From NCBI GenBank assembly GCA_017859395.1, contig JAFMNE010000002.1, forward strand, positions 18,804-82,803: DNA of 64,000 bases, written 5' to 3'. Of the stretch, positions 9,991 through 18,499 are shown one piece after another. This stretch comes from Ilumatobacteraceae bacterium (GTDB lineage: Bacteria > Actinomycetota > Acidimicrobiia > Acidimicrobiales > Ilumatobacteraceae). How positions within the stretch are numbered: position 1 is the first letter of the stretch; every line of letters begins with the position of its first letter. The notes below the pieces were generated by a model. That model ran no database searches. It saw only the letters and a program-made list of their open reading frames with translations, and had not been told where the DNA came from. The position numbers and the translations under genes were made by a program.

Positions 9991-10470
9991 ATGATCGTGT
10001 GGTTCGCGGTGACCGCGGTGGCCGCGGTGTGGTTCGTGTTCCGCGACCCGCGGTTCGACTACCGGCTGCTCATCGTTGGTGCGGTGGTGCCGTCGTGCAC
10101 GATGGTCGTGGGCGGATGGCTGCTCATCATCAACTCGGTCGTGGCGGCGATGGCGGTGCTGGTTGTGGTGATGCTGGCAACCGCTGGCCGACGGCCAATA
10201 CGTCGCACGCTGCTGGGTGCGCCGATCGGCATGCTTTTACACCTCGTGTTTCGCGGTGTGTGGTCGTCAACTCAAGTGTTCTGGTGGCCCTTCACCGGTG
10301 GCGATCTGGCCGCATCAGAAGCGGTGATCACCGGCGGTGGCATTGTCGGTGCGATCATTGCTGAAGTGATCGGCTGCGCGGCAGCGGTTGTGCTGTGGCG
10401 CCGTGCCCGCCTGGACGACCCCGCATATCGGTCGGCGTTTGTCACCAACGGCCACCTGGTGCTCTCATGA
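9991..10470 (+). CDS. Integral membrane protein, function unknown
   Basis: At least 4 hydrophobic segments. Its stop overlaps the downstream start (ATGA). The start at Met43 of the listed ORF was chosen as the first Met after the Arg-rich junk. Confidence 0.5.
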   Translation: MIVWFAVTAVAAVWFVFRDPRFDYRLLIVGAVVPSCTMVVGGWLLIINSVVAAMAVLVVVMLATAGRRPIRRTLLGAPIGMLLHLVFRGVWSSTQVFWWPFTGGDLAASEAVITGGGIVGAIIAEVIGCAAAVVLWRRARLDDPAYRSAFVTNGHLVLS

Positions 10471-11054
10471 TCATCCTCGTGCGGCATGGCCGCACATCGC
10501 TGAATGCCCACGGCCTGCTCCAAGGGCGCGTTGACGAACCCCTCGACGAGCTGGGCCGGCGTCAGATCGAGACCGTTGCCACACGACTCGCTTCACAACT
10601 TGATGTGGCGGCCATCGTGTCATCGCCACTCACCAGAGCGCAGCAGTCCGCGGGAATCTTGGCCGATCGTCTCGGCCACCCTGACCCGGTGGAGATCGAC
10701 GAGCGCTGGATCGAACTCGACTACGGAGTTCTCGACACCCAGCCGGTGGGGACGGTGCCGGCATCGGTGTGGGAATCGTGGCGTACCGATCCTGATTTCG
10801 CCCCGGAGGGTGGCGAATCGTTCGGCTCACTCGATGCTCGTGTGCACAGCGCATGTGAGCAGTGGGCCACCCAGGCGGCAGGTGCCGACATCATCGTGGT
10901 CAGTCATGTGTCGCCGATTAAATCGGCGGTGGCTTGGGCCCTGGGTGCCCACCCATCGATTGCGTATCGCAGTCGCCTCGGGCAGGCAGCGGTGTGCCGC
11001 ATCGACATCGGTCAAGCGGGGCCGACCTTGGTGAGTTTCAACGAACCGCTGTAG
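10467..11054 (+). CDS. Histidine phosphatase family protein (phosphoglycerate mutase / CobC-like)
   Basis: MIILVRHGRTSLN (RHG catalytic motif), LSxxGxxQ-like ELGRRQ, and SHVSPIK (second catalytic His). Confidence 0.85.
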   Translation: MIILVRHGRTSLNAHGLLQGRVDEPLDELGRRQIETVATRLASQLDVAAIVSSPLTRAQQSAGILADRLGHPDPVEIDERWIELDYGVLDTQPVGTVPASVWESWRTDPDFAPEGGESFGSLDARVHSACEQWATQAAGADIIVVSHVSPIKSAVAWALGAHPSIAYRSRLGQAAVCRIDIGQAGPTLVSFNEPL

Positions 11055-11085
11055 TCCGAGGGGCATCGGCAAGTGGCCGGTGGGT

Positions 11086-11091
11086 CATACT
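11086..11091 (+). promoter_or_regulatory. Candidate -10 (CATACT) giving a leaderless mRNA for the surface repeat protein
   Basis: CATACT followed by 6 nt and then ATG 11098. No Shine-Dalgarno is present. Confidence 0.35.
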
Positions 11092-11097
11092 GGCTGG

Positions 11098-12789
11098 ATG
11101 CGACGAGTTCTCGGTGTGGTGATGGGTGCGGTGGTGATGCTGTTTCCGATGTCGGTCGTCAATGCTCAAGATGCCTCCGGTGAGCAGAGCTTTGTGGTCG
11201 CCTCGGAACGCGTGCTTGATATCGACCCGTTTATGACCATTTTCGAGGCGACCGCCGACGGCGGATTCATTGCTGCGCGGTCATGTCGCCAAGACACAGT
11301 GCTGTGCATCGACCGCTACGACTCCGCAGGTGATCTGGTGGCGTCGTTTGGAGATGCTGGGTCCGTCGTGACCGCGGAGCCGACATTCGCTCTCGGTGGA
11401 TGGTCGCAGTTCTGGCCAGCGGATATCGACGTCGCCGCGGACGGATCGATCGCGATCCTCGCCGACTGTGTGAACTGGTACGAGGGGCGCGATCAGTCCG
11501 ACATGGTGGATATGTGCCTGTTCCGCCTCGCCGCCGACGGTTCCCCGCACCCGAATGTGCCCGGGGGAGTGGTGACCTATGCCCTCGATCGCTACCAGTC
11601 ACCGGGAGGGGTGACGATCAATGACGACGGCACCGGCTGGATCGGTGGGTACTGCTCGAGTTCGATCTGTATCGGCAAACTCACCGTCACCGGCGAACTC
11701 GACCCCACTTGGGATGACGGGTCGTACTTTCCCGGCCTAACGAAGGCCCGCTACGGAGAGTTTTCCATGTCGTACGGCGTGCTCCCTGTTGGCGATGGCG
11801 TGTGGTCGTGGGGCCGTTGCCAGGACAATCCGCTGTATCCCGGGCAAGGGCGGATTCGCGAGGGATGCCTGGTGGCCTTTGGTGGCGCCGGCGGTGTCGA
11901 CACCAGCGTGGGTACTGGCGGTCATATCGATTTCATTCCGTCGTCGGTCGTGTCCGGAGGCGAACTCCGAGTGGATAGTTCGCCACGAATCGGCGTACTC
12001 GACGGCAGCACGTTTGTTGCCGTCGCCCCGTGCGACTCAAACTTGAACGGGTTGGGTTCACTCACCTGCGTGACCCGTCTTGACGCCTCTGGCGCGCATG
12101 TTGACCAGCGTGATGGCAACAGATTCACCGTGTTGCCAGTGGACTTTCGTGATGTGGACATCGTTGACGGCCGAGTGATGGCTCTCGGCGAATGTCTTCT
12201 GGAGTGGTATGCCGACGGTCGCGCATGTCTCGTCACCTACGACGCCGGGGATGGCCCACTTGTGACCCCCACAGTTCTTCCACTGGAGCAGATGGGCACC
12301 TACAACACTCACCTGGTGGCTGTCAGTTCCCAGTCGGCGACCGCTCTCGTGCAGTGCGAGGACGAACAGGTGTGTCTGCTGTCAATGCGCGCCAGCGGTG
12401 ACGCGCCGCTCGGCCCACCGGCCACCACGCCGCCTGTCACCACGTCGACACCGCCACCGGAGACGTCCGAGGCGCCAACAACAACTGCTGTTGCATCTGC
12501 CGATGCACCCGCGACCACCGCCACAACGGTTGGGGAGAGCGCAGAGCAAACCGTTCCGCCAACTACAACACTTGCCCCACCGGTGACCACGCTGCAGCCC
12601 TCCGCTGCTGACACCGCCGATGATGACGTCACCGCCGCGGAGGCCCCCGCTGAGGAGACTCCCGCTACCGAGGCCGCACCGCCGCCAGATGATGACGACG
12701 GGTCATCAGTGGCTGTTGTCATCGTGCTGATCGTGGTGGTTGTGGCCGGTAGCGGCGTTGGCATTGCTTTGGCGCGTCGTCGGAGCTGA
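11098..12789 (+). CDS. Secreted, C-terminally membrane-anchored repeat protein (delta-60-like repeats, Pro/Thr-rich stalk)
   Basis: Signal peptide MRRVLGVVMGAVVMLFPMSVVNAQD. Roughly 60-aa repeats with G-x-LD/V-x-x-F/W-G-D-x-G ... DG ... C periodicity. An approximately 110-aa P/T/A-rich linker, then the hydrophobic helix VAVVIVLIVVVVAGSGVGIALA followed by RRRS. Confidence 0.7.
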   Translation: MRRVLGVVMGAVVMLFPMSVVNAQDASGEQSFVVASERVLDIDPFMTIFEATADGGFIAARSCRQDTVLCIDRYDSAGDLVASFGDAGSVVTAEPTFALGGWSQFWPADIDVAADGSIAILADCVNWYEGRDQSDMVDMCLFRLAADGSPHPNVPGGVVTYALDRYQSPGGVTINDDGTGWIGGYCSSSICIGKLTVTGELDPTWDDGSYFPGLTKARYGEFSMSYGVLPVGDGVWSWGRCQDNPLYPGQGRIREGCLVAFGGAGGVDTSVGTGGHIDFIPSSVVSGGELRVDSSPRIGVLDGSTFVAVAPCDSNLNGLGSLTCVTRLDASGAHVDQRDGNRFTVLPVDFRDVDIVDGRVMALGECLLEWYADGRACLVTYDAGDGPLVTPTVLPLEQMGTYNTHLVAVSSQSATALVQCEDEQVCLLSMRASGDAPLGPPATTPPVTTSTPPPETSEAPTTTAVASADAPATTATTVGESAEQTVPPTTTLAPPVTTLQPSAADTADDDVTAAEAPAEETPATEAAPPPDDDDGSSVAVVIVLIVVVVAGSGVGIALARRRS

Positions 12790-12823
12790 CGGTGACTCCA
12801 CCCATTTCCCGCCGGATGATCGA

Positions 12824-14020
12824 ATGATGCGGAATTGGTTCGTTGTTGGCGCAGGGTTGGTGATCGCTGTCTGTTCCGCGTGTCTACCCGCCGATGATCA
12901 AGACGTGGTGTACCGATTGAAACCGGCGCAGGTCGCGGTGGACTGGGTGACACCCAGTCCACGAATCGAGACCATCCCGGGCCTTCAGATTGTCGATGGC
13001 GAACGTGAGAACACGTGGGCGAAGCCGTTGGTTGACCTCGGCGATATTCGTCCAGGTGGGCTACCTCCTGATGGACTTCCCGCACTCAATCGTCCAGCGT
13101 TTATCCCCGCGCGCAGTGTGTGGTTTCTTGCGGATCGTGAACCGGTTGTCACTCTCGAAATCAACGGTGATGCGCGTGCCTATCCGGTGCAGATCTTGAT
13201 GTGGCATGAAATCGTCAACGATGTCGTCGGCGGGGTTCCTGTGGCCGTGACTTACTGCCCATTGTGTAACTCGGCGGTTGCGTACGAACGGCAGATCGAC
13301 GATGTGGTTTTCGAATTTGGGACGTCAGGACGCCTGTTGAACTCGGCGTTGGTGATGTACGACCGGCAGACCGGTTCCCTGTGGAGTCATTACACCGGTG
13401 AGGCGATCGTGGGGGAGATGACCGGCACCGAGTTGACGGTGTACCCGCTGAGCACCGTGGCGTGGTCAGATTGGAGTGACGCGTATCCCGGTGGTCTCGT
13501 ACTTGATCGAGAGACGGGCTTCTTTAAGGAATACGGCCTTAACCCCTACCCGGGATACGACGACGTTGATGCTCAACCGTTTCTGTTCGATGGTGAAGTC
13601 GACGGCCGGTACACCGCGATGACGCGAATGATCGCATTCGAGATTGATGGGAAGCCAGTTGCTGTGCCGCTGTCGGGCCTTCAGAAACAGCTGCTGATCG
13701 TGACCGAGTTGAGTAATGAATGGATCCTCATCTGGTGGAAACCCGGCACCAGTTCAGCGCTCGACAGCTTCGACGTTGCTGGCGGTAACGATGTGGGTTC
13801 GGTATTCGTTGGCAAGATTGACGCTGATGAGTCGTTCACAGTGTCAGAAGGCGGCATCTCGATCATCGATGATGCCACCGGATCGAGTTGGAACATCTTG
13901 GGTCACGCCACTCGTGGTCCGCGCAAGGGCGCACGAATCGAGCAGGTGCAACACTTCGACACCTTTTGGTTCGCATGGTCGGCGTACCGGCCCGACACAA
14001 CCATTGTCGGAGTCGACTGA
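12824..14020 (+). CDS. DUF3179 domain-containing secreted/lipoprotein
   Basis: N-terminal hydrophobic segment with Cys (VIAVCSAC). DUF3179 hallmarks PALNRPAF, VAVTYCPLCNSAVAY and FGTSGRLLNSALVMYDRQTGSLWSH. Confidence 0.8.
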   Translation: MMRNWFVVGAGLVIAVCSACLPADDQDVVYRLKPAQVAVDWVTPSPRIETIPGLQIVDGERENTWAKPLVDLGDIRPGGLPPDGLPALNRPAFIPARSVWFLADREPVVTLEINGDARAYPVQILMWHEIVNDVVGGVPVAVTYCPLCNSAVAYERQIDDVVFEFGTSGRLLNSALVMYDRQTGSLWSHYTGEAIVGEMTGTELTVYPLSTVAWSDWSDAYPGGLVLDRETGFFKEYGLNPYPGYDDVDAQPFLFDGEVDGRYTAMTRMIAFEIDGKPVAVPLSGLQKQLLIVTELSNEWILIWWKPGTSSALDSFDVAGGNDVGSVFVGKIDADESFTVSEGGISIIDDATGSSWNILGHATRGPRKGARIEQVQHFDTFWFAWSAYRPDTTIVGVD

Positions 14021-14067
14021 TCTGCGGGAAGTGGCCGATGAGCTGTCGGAAGTGGCTGATGAGGAGT

Positions 14068-14382
14068 TCAGGACCCGGGTGCGGCGTACGTGCCCGGTGT
14101 CGCCGCATCAAACTCGTCAGCGTCGAGGAGCACACGCGCTCGCGAGGTGACCATGGCGCCACTTTCGCCGACCACTTTTTTGATCGCCATAACCCCACCT
14201 GCATCGATGTCACTCACGATGAGGACGAAGTCCCACTCGTCGCCAGGGCACCAGTACATCGCGTCCACCGACCCTCCCACTGACTCTGCCAAGGCTGCTG
14301 TCGCTGCCATACGAGCCTGAGCGGATTGGTTCACTCCTGCCCACGCGGTGGTGCTGTAGCGGCCTTCAAACATAATCTTCAT
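14068..14382 (-). CDS. GYD domain-containing protein (104 aa)
   Basis: MKIMFEGRYS...ESVGGSVDAMYWCPGDEWDFVLIV...GAMVTSRARVLL matches the GYD family pattern (small alpha+beta protein). Confidence 0.75.
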   Translation of the reverse strand: MKIMFEGRYSTTAWAGVNQSAQARMAATAALAESVGGSVDAMYWCPGDEWDFVLIVSDIDAGGVMAIKKVVGESGAMVTSRARVLLDADEFDAATPGTYAAPGS

Positions 14383-14529
14383 TACGGTCTCACTTTCTCG
14401 TCGATATCGCCGCACGGTACGAGAGGCGCCTTGTCGAACTCTTGCAGCCGTCTAGTTGCGGTGCTGTGTTGGCTGCAATGACGGCGGCGGCGCCGACCTA
14501 AGATGATTGCTCATCGCGAAGGGGGCGTA

Positions 14530-15297
14530 ATGGATCTGGAACTCACCGACCGCAAGGTGCTGATCTCGGCCGGGCACAAGGGACTGGGGTCATTCTTCGC
14601 CCGCCGGTTCCTGTCCGAGGGCGCCCAAGTGGCGATCTGCTGTCGGCGCGACGATGACCTTGTTGCCGCACTCGAGGAATACGCAGCGCTCGGTGTAGCT
14701 ACTGGCTCGGTCTGCGATATGTCCGACCCTGACCAGGTTGCGGCGTGGGTGCATCGCAGTGCCGAAGAATTGGGTGGCATCGACGTGTGCGTTGGCAACG
14801 CCAGCGCCAGCGGACAACACGGTGAGGGTCCCGACCCGTGGCGGCGGAGCTTCAACACCGACATCTTGGGGTCAGCCACGTTCTACGAGACGGCAAAGCC
14901 GTTTCTGCTGCAGTCCGATGCCGCGGCCATCGTGCACATCGCAACGATCACCGCTATTGAGCATCACGACGTGCCGATCTCCCCGAGCTACGGCGCGGTG
15001 AAGGCCGCCACCATTCGCATGGTGGCCCAACTCGCACAAACCTGGGGTGCCGATGGCATCAGGGCGAACTCGGTATCACCAGGGCCGATTTTGGTGGAGG
15101 GTCATCGATGGGATGACATCCGCACGCGTCACCCCGAGATATACGAACGCGATGTGGCTATGCACCCAGCCGGCCGGATGGGAACCGGCGACGAGGTCGC
15201 CGATGTCGTTGCATTCCTCGCTTCAGCCCGCGCGAGCTGGATCAGCGGTGCGAACGTTGTGGTCGACGGTGGTTACACCAAGGGTGTGCACTTCTGA
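14530..15297 (+). CDS. SDR family oxidoreductase
   Basis: Short-chain dehydrogenase layout with a degenerate N-terminal Rossmann motif (ISAGHKGLG), a YGAVK catalytic YxxxK motif, and PGPI. ATG 14530 is preceded by GAAGGGGG, and a TAAGAT -10 candidate lies at 14499-14504. Confidence 0.85.
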   Translation: MDLELTDRKVLISAGHKGLGSFFARRFLSEGAQVAICCRRDDDLVAALEEYAALGVATGSVCDMSDPDQVAAWVHRSAEELGGIDVCVGNASASGQHGEGPDPWRRSFNTDILGSATFYETAKPFLLQSDAAAIVHIATITAIEHHDVPISPSYGAVKAATIRMVAQLAQTWGADGIRANSVSPGPILVEGHRWDDIRTRHPEIYERDVAMHPAGRMGTGDEVADVVAFLASARASWISGANVVVDGGYTKGVHF

Positions 15298-15310
15298 CCG
15301 ATGAGGAGGG

Positions 15311-15364
15311 GCGGCGGCCAGGTCCCCGAATGGTCGAGGGTCAACCAGGGACCCGGGCCGCCGC
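15311..15364. terminator. GC-rich hairpin between convergent genes (candidate bidirectional terminator)
   Basis: GCGGCGGCC (15311-15319) pairs with GGCCGCCGC (15356-15364). An inner stem pairs GGTCCC with GGGACC. It lies between the SDR stop (15297) and the DUF3303 stop (15369). Confidence 0.5.
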
Positions 15365-15368
15365 GATC

Positions 15369-15671
15369 TCACTGGCTGCTGAGGAAAGCGCTTGCGATCT
15401 GACGTGTGCCGGCATCATCGAGTACTGGGGTCACATCAAATGTGCTGAGAACAGCCGACCAGCTCATGCAAAAACCGAGGACTGACTCCGCCGTGTCGGC
15501 CTCGACAATCGCAATACCGCGGCCGTCAGCCACGCTGTGCCACCTGCCGATCTGTCGAATCCCGTGAGCCTGCTCGGCTGCGGCATCGTCTGCAGGAGTC
15601 ATTCCGGCGAATGTCTCCCACGTCTCCATCTTCTGATCGTGGTTGATCTGCCATTGGATCATGAACAACAT
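15369..15671 (-). CDS. DUF3303 domain-containing protein (100 aa)
   Basis: MLFMIQWQINHD...IGRWHSVADGRGIAIVEADTAESV...FDVTPVLDD matches the DUF3303 pattern. AGAGGA Shine-Dalgarno 8 nt upstream of the ATG. Confidence 0.7.
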   Translation of the reverse strand: MLFMIQWQINHDQKMETWETFAGMTPADDAAAEQAHGIRQIGRWHSVADGRGIAIVEADTAESVLGFCMSWSAVLSTFDVTPVLDDAGTRQIASAFLSSQ

Positions 15672-15929
15672 GTGTGGATTCCTCTCTGTAAGTGGGTCCT
15701 TTTCACTCTGCGCATCCCGACCTTGCGAGGTTGTTGCGTAGCGGTGATGGGGGTGTGAACGTCTGTCCTGTGCACCGCCCATTGGTCGCCATGGCTTCGC
15801 GAGTGATGTCGGTGGTAACTGGCTTGGCTAGGTCACCGAAGCGCACACATGTTCTTTGAACACTCACAAGATTTCTGCAAGGTGTAGGTGTCAGAGTTCC
15901 CCGCACCCACAGACAAACAAGGAGTCATC

Positions 15930-16538
15930 ATGACGTTCATGTATTCAGTCGTTGCCAACATCGCCGATGTCCAAGGTTTTGCGAATGCCACTCACGAGTG
16001 GGCTGGAGACCGGATGCGCGAACTGGGTGCCGTCGATATCACAGCGAGTCAGGTGGTTATGGGCGGTGAGATGGCAGGCATGGTCATCATCGGGTTCGAG
16101 TTCGAAACCGCTGACGATGCCATGAGCGCCAACGCCGGTATTTACGCCGACTCAAAGATGGTCGCAATGATGCGCGACACGCAGGTTCAGGTGATCCGAC
16201 GCGGGTTGTTCAAAGTTCAAGCCGAAGTCGGGACGCGAACCGGTGATGTCGGCACCATTTTGTACATCGCCGGTCGCCCCACCGATGATGCGACAGCAAC
16301 AAGCAATCTTGAACTGAATTGGAAATACATGAGTGGTGCAGCAAATGGCATCGTGTCGCTGCTGTCACTTGCGAATGGCCCGGCTCCGTTTGTCGGCACC
16401 GCGGTGACATTCGCGGACTCAATTGATGCGCTGCTCGCGAGTTCCCAAAAGATGTTTGCACAGGCTGAAGTCGTCGATGCGATGGCAGCGAGCGGGCTGA
16501 TGGTTGTCGGCCGCGTCATGACGCGTCGCATCGTGTGA
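15930..16538 (+). CDS. Hypothetical protein built from two tandem roughly 100-aa alpha+beta-like halves
   Basis: AAGGAG Shine-Dalgarno 6 nt upstream of ATG 15930. The two halves align by eye: FETADDAMSANAGIYADSKMVAMMRDTQVQVIRR versus FADSIDALLASSQKMFAQAEVVDAMAASGLMVVGR. No family recognised. Confidence 0.6.
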   Translation: MTFMYSVVANIADVQGFANATHEWAGDRMRELGAVDITASQVVMGGEMAGMVIIGFEFETADDAMSANAGIYADSKMVAMMRDTQVQVIRRGLFKVQAEVGTRTGDVGTILYIAGRPTDDATATSNLELNWKYMSGAANGIVSLLSLANGPAPFVGTAVTFADSIDALLASSQKMFAQAEVVDAMAASGLMVVGRVMTRRIV

Positions 16539-16616
16539 CAGTCCGGTCTGACGGGCGGACGGATCTCTCAACCTGCACAAACTTCACGCCGTGCCACTTC
16601 GGCGACGCGTGGGTGT

Positions 16617-16961
16617 GACGGGGAGTCGGTCTGTAAGCGGGATTCTGTGACGCGACTGCGCCGGTGACCATCCATCTATGCGGCCTACCCGGAAGTATTG
16701 AACGGTGCCGTCCACTCCCTGCTTGGCCTTGCTCCGGGTGGGGTTTGCCGAGCCATACGGATCGCTCCGCATGCTGGTGCGCTCTTACCGCACCGTTTCA
16801 GCCTTGCCTGTGACCAGTGAACTGGCCCATCGGCGGTCTCTCTCTGTTGCACAGCCATCAGGTCACCCCGACCTGGCTCTCGCCAGCACCCTGCCCTATG
16901 GAGTCCCGACTTTCCTCGACACGGTCCTGCCGTGCCGCGGTCACCCGACCAACTCCCCGTC
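16617..16961 (-). ncRNA. rnpB: RNase P RNA, bacterial type A
   Basis: The minus strand reads GAGGAAAGTCGGGACTCCATAGGGCAGGGTG (P4 5' strand), GAAACGGTGCGGTAAGAGCGCACCAGC and CACAGAATCCCGCTTACAG (P4 3' strand). A P1 helix forms between GACGGGGAGTTGGTC (5') and GACCGACTCCCCGTC (3'). The ends are good to about +/-10 nt. Confidence 0.9.
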
Positions 16962-17005
16962 GTCCACAGCCTAGGGCGTGTGCCCGCGGGCTGCGCCCCG
17001 GCCGA

Positions 17006-17839
17006 TTAGCAGGACAGGTAGTCGTAGACGAAGGTGTTCTCCGCTGGTGTCTGCAACGTGGTGGAGAACCGTGAGCCCTCATCATCGACGGCGCCCACAA
17101 CGACGGGCACCTGGTCGACACGTCCGAAGGTGGACGGCACCGCATACGGAATCGGGAATCCGAGGCCGTCGGTCTCTGGGGCCTCGGCGTTGAGCGATGG
17201 CCCGAGGTATCCGTGCGTGCCGGCAGAGGCCTGGGCCGCCAACATCGCGGAGCGCCGCGCCGCACTAGCACCCAAGAGCATCATCTGGCGACGGTGCTCG
17301 GGTTCGGTGGTCAGGCCAACCAAGAACTGGTACGAGTGGGCGAGCATCGTCTCGAGCGCATGGGTCGCGGCACGGCAGTCGCGCTGCACATCATCCGATG
17401 ACGCCACGGCGCCATACATCGGTTCGACGTAACGGCTCATAAACCACGTGTTCGGGCATGCATACGACTCGCCGCCGTTCGCTTCTGCCAGAGCACCGAG
17501 GGCGGCGCCGTTTGCGGCATGGTCGGCGGCAAAACGATCCACATAGGTCTGCAGCGCCGCGGAGTATCCGCCGGCCTCGGTCATCAAACGAAGGGCTTCG
17601 GCCACACTGTGCTCCAGCGACTGCATGGTGCGCACAAGGACGACATCATTGATCTCGCCATCGGGCAACGAGGTCGCCTCGTCGGCCACGCCAACGCGAC
17701 CAGGCGCGGTGTCGCCACCGAAATTCTTCGCGCAGGCCGACAGTAGTGCGCCGACACCAACGGCGAGGCCGCCGTTGCGCAACATGGTGCGGCGATCGAT
17801 GCCCGCAGGTGTGTCGGTGGTGGGGCGGCGGCGAATCAT
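17006..17839 (-). CDS. Ferritin-like domain protein with Tat signal and lipobox
   Basis: DRRTMLRNGGLAVGVGALLSAC (twin-arginine motif plus L-S-A-C lipobox). Helical body with E/H-rich segments (SLEHSVAEAL, THALETMLAHSY). Its start overlaps the upstream gene's stop (ATGA). Confidence 0.7.
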   Translation of the reverse strand: MIRRRPTTDTPAGIDRRTMLRNGGLAVGVGALLSACAKNFGGDTAPGRVGVADEATSLPDGEINDVVLVRTMQSLEHSVAEALRLMTEAGGYSAALQTYVDRFAADHAANGAALGALAEANGGESYACPNTWFMSRYVEPMYGAVASSDDVQRDCRAATHALETMLAHSYQFLVGLTTEPEHRRQMMLLGASAARRSAMLAAQASAGTHGYLGPSLNAEAPETDGLGFPIPYAVPSTFGRVDQVPVVVGAVDDEGSRFSTTLQTPAENTFVYDYLSC

Positions 17840-18414
17840 GGCAACTCCAAGGGGTCAGCTGAGTTGATGAGGTTGATGTCGAGGTTCGTTCCGAGCCCCG
17901 CGACGTCGGCGAGCACCACACAGTGGCGCGACTCCGACGAGACGATCGAGGCGATGACTTCGGCGGCATGAGCCTGGGTGATGTGGGCCAGTAGTTCGGT
18001 GTGAGTGGCTGCTGCTGCGGATTCGAGTGCATGAGCTGCGAGAACTGAATCGGTGCGGAAACCATCGACCTGCGCGTCGTACACGGCGTCGTTGCGACCC
18101 GTCGCCGACAGGCCGGTGATCGATGCGATCGCTTGGGCATAGGCCTCGTGCTGTTCCGACATAGCCTCCCACAGTGGCCCTGGGGCTCCGGCTGCGGTGG
18201 CGGCGTCGTACAAGTCACGAGCGGTCAACTCCAACAACTGCGCGAAACGCAGCAGTTCCATCTCGCGTGCACTCAATTCATTCGGTGCCGCCGACGCGGT
18301 GCGCGAGCCGAGCACGCCGAGTGCCGCAGCGGCCAGACCGCCAGCCATGAGGCGGCGACGGAGGCCGTCGTGTTCGGTGTCGGGCGTGTCAGTCGCCGTT
18401 GGGCTCTGGTTCAC
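17836..18414 (-). CDS. Ferritin-like domain protein with Tat signal
   Basis: LRRRLMAGGLAAAALGVLGSRTASA (twin-arginine, AxA cleavage site). Four-helix-type segments with EQHE and ESRH candidate metal ligands. GTG 18414 is preceded by AAAGGA; a longer start at 18486 is possible. Confidence 0.7.
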   Translation of the reverse strand: MNQSPTATDTPDTEHDGLRRRLMAGGLAAAALGVLGSRTASAAPNELSAREMELLRFAQLLELTARDLYDAATAAGAPGPLWEAMSEQHEAYAQAIASITGLSATGRNDAVYDAQVDGFRTDSVLAAHALESAAAATHTELLAHITQAHAAEVIASIVSSESRHCVVLADVAGLGTNLDINLINSADPLELP

Positions 18415-18499
18415 GGGGGTGGTCCTTTCGCGATCGTCTGCGTGTTCGCTGCGGTGCAGACCCACATAGTGTGCCGAACCGCTCACGCGATCTCACATT

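Noticed and set aside
12400-12720. Possible DNA tandem repeat or CRISPR-like periodicity in the Pro/Thr-rich stalk-coding region.
   Set aside because: The repetition is compositional (ACC/CCG/GCC codons), with no exact DNA repeat units or spacers. It is fully explained as a low-complexity linker inside the 11098-12789 CDS.
16584-16974. Short ORFs 16584-16772 (-), 16705-16974 (+) and 16817-17074 (+).
   Set aside because: They overlap the RNase P RNA, whose conserved P4 and other core sequences explain the region.
13000-17000. Genomic island integrated next to rnpB.
   Set aside because: No integrase or recombinase, no flanking direct repeats and no tRNA-like attachment site is visible. Only an impression of lower G+C remains, and that is reported as a finding to be computed.
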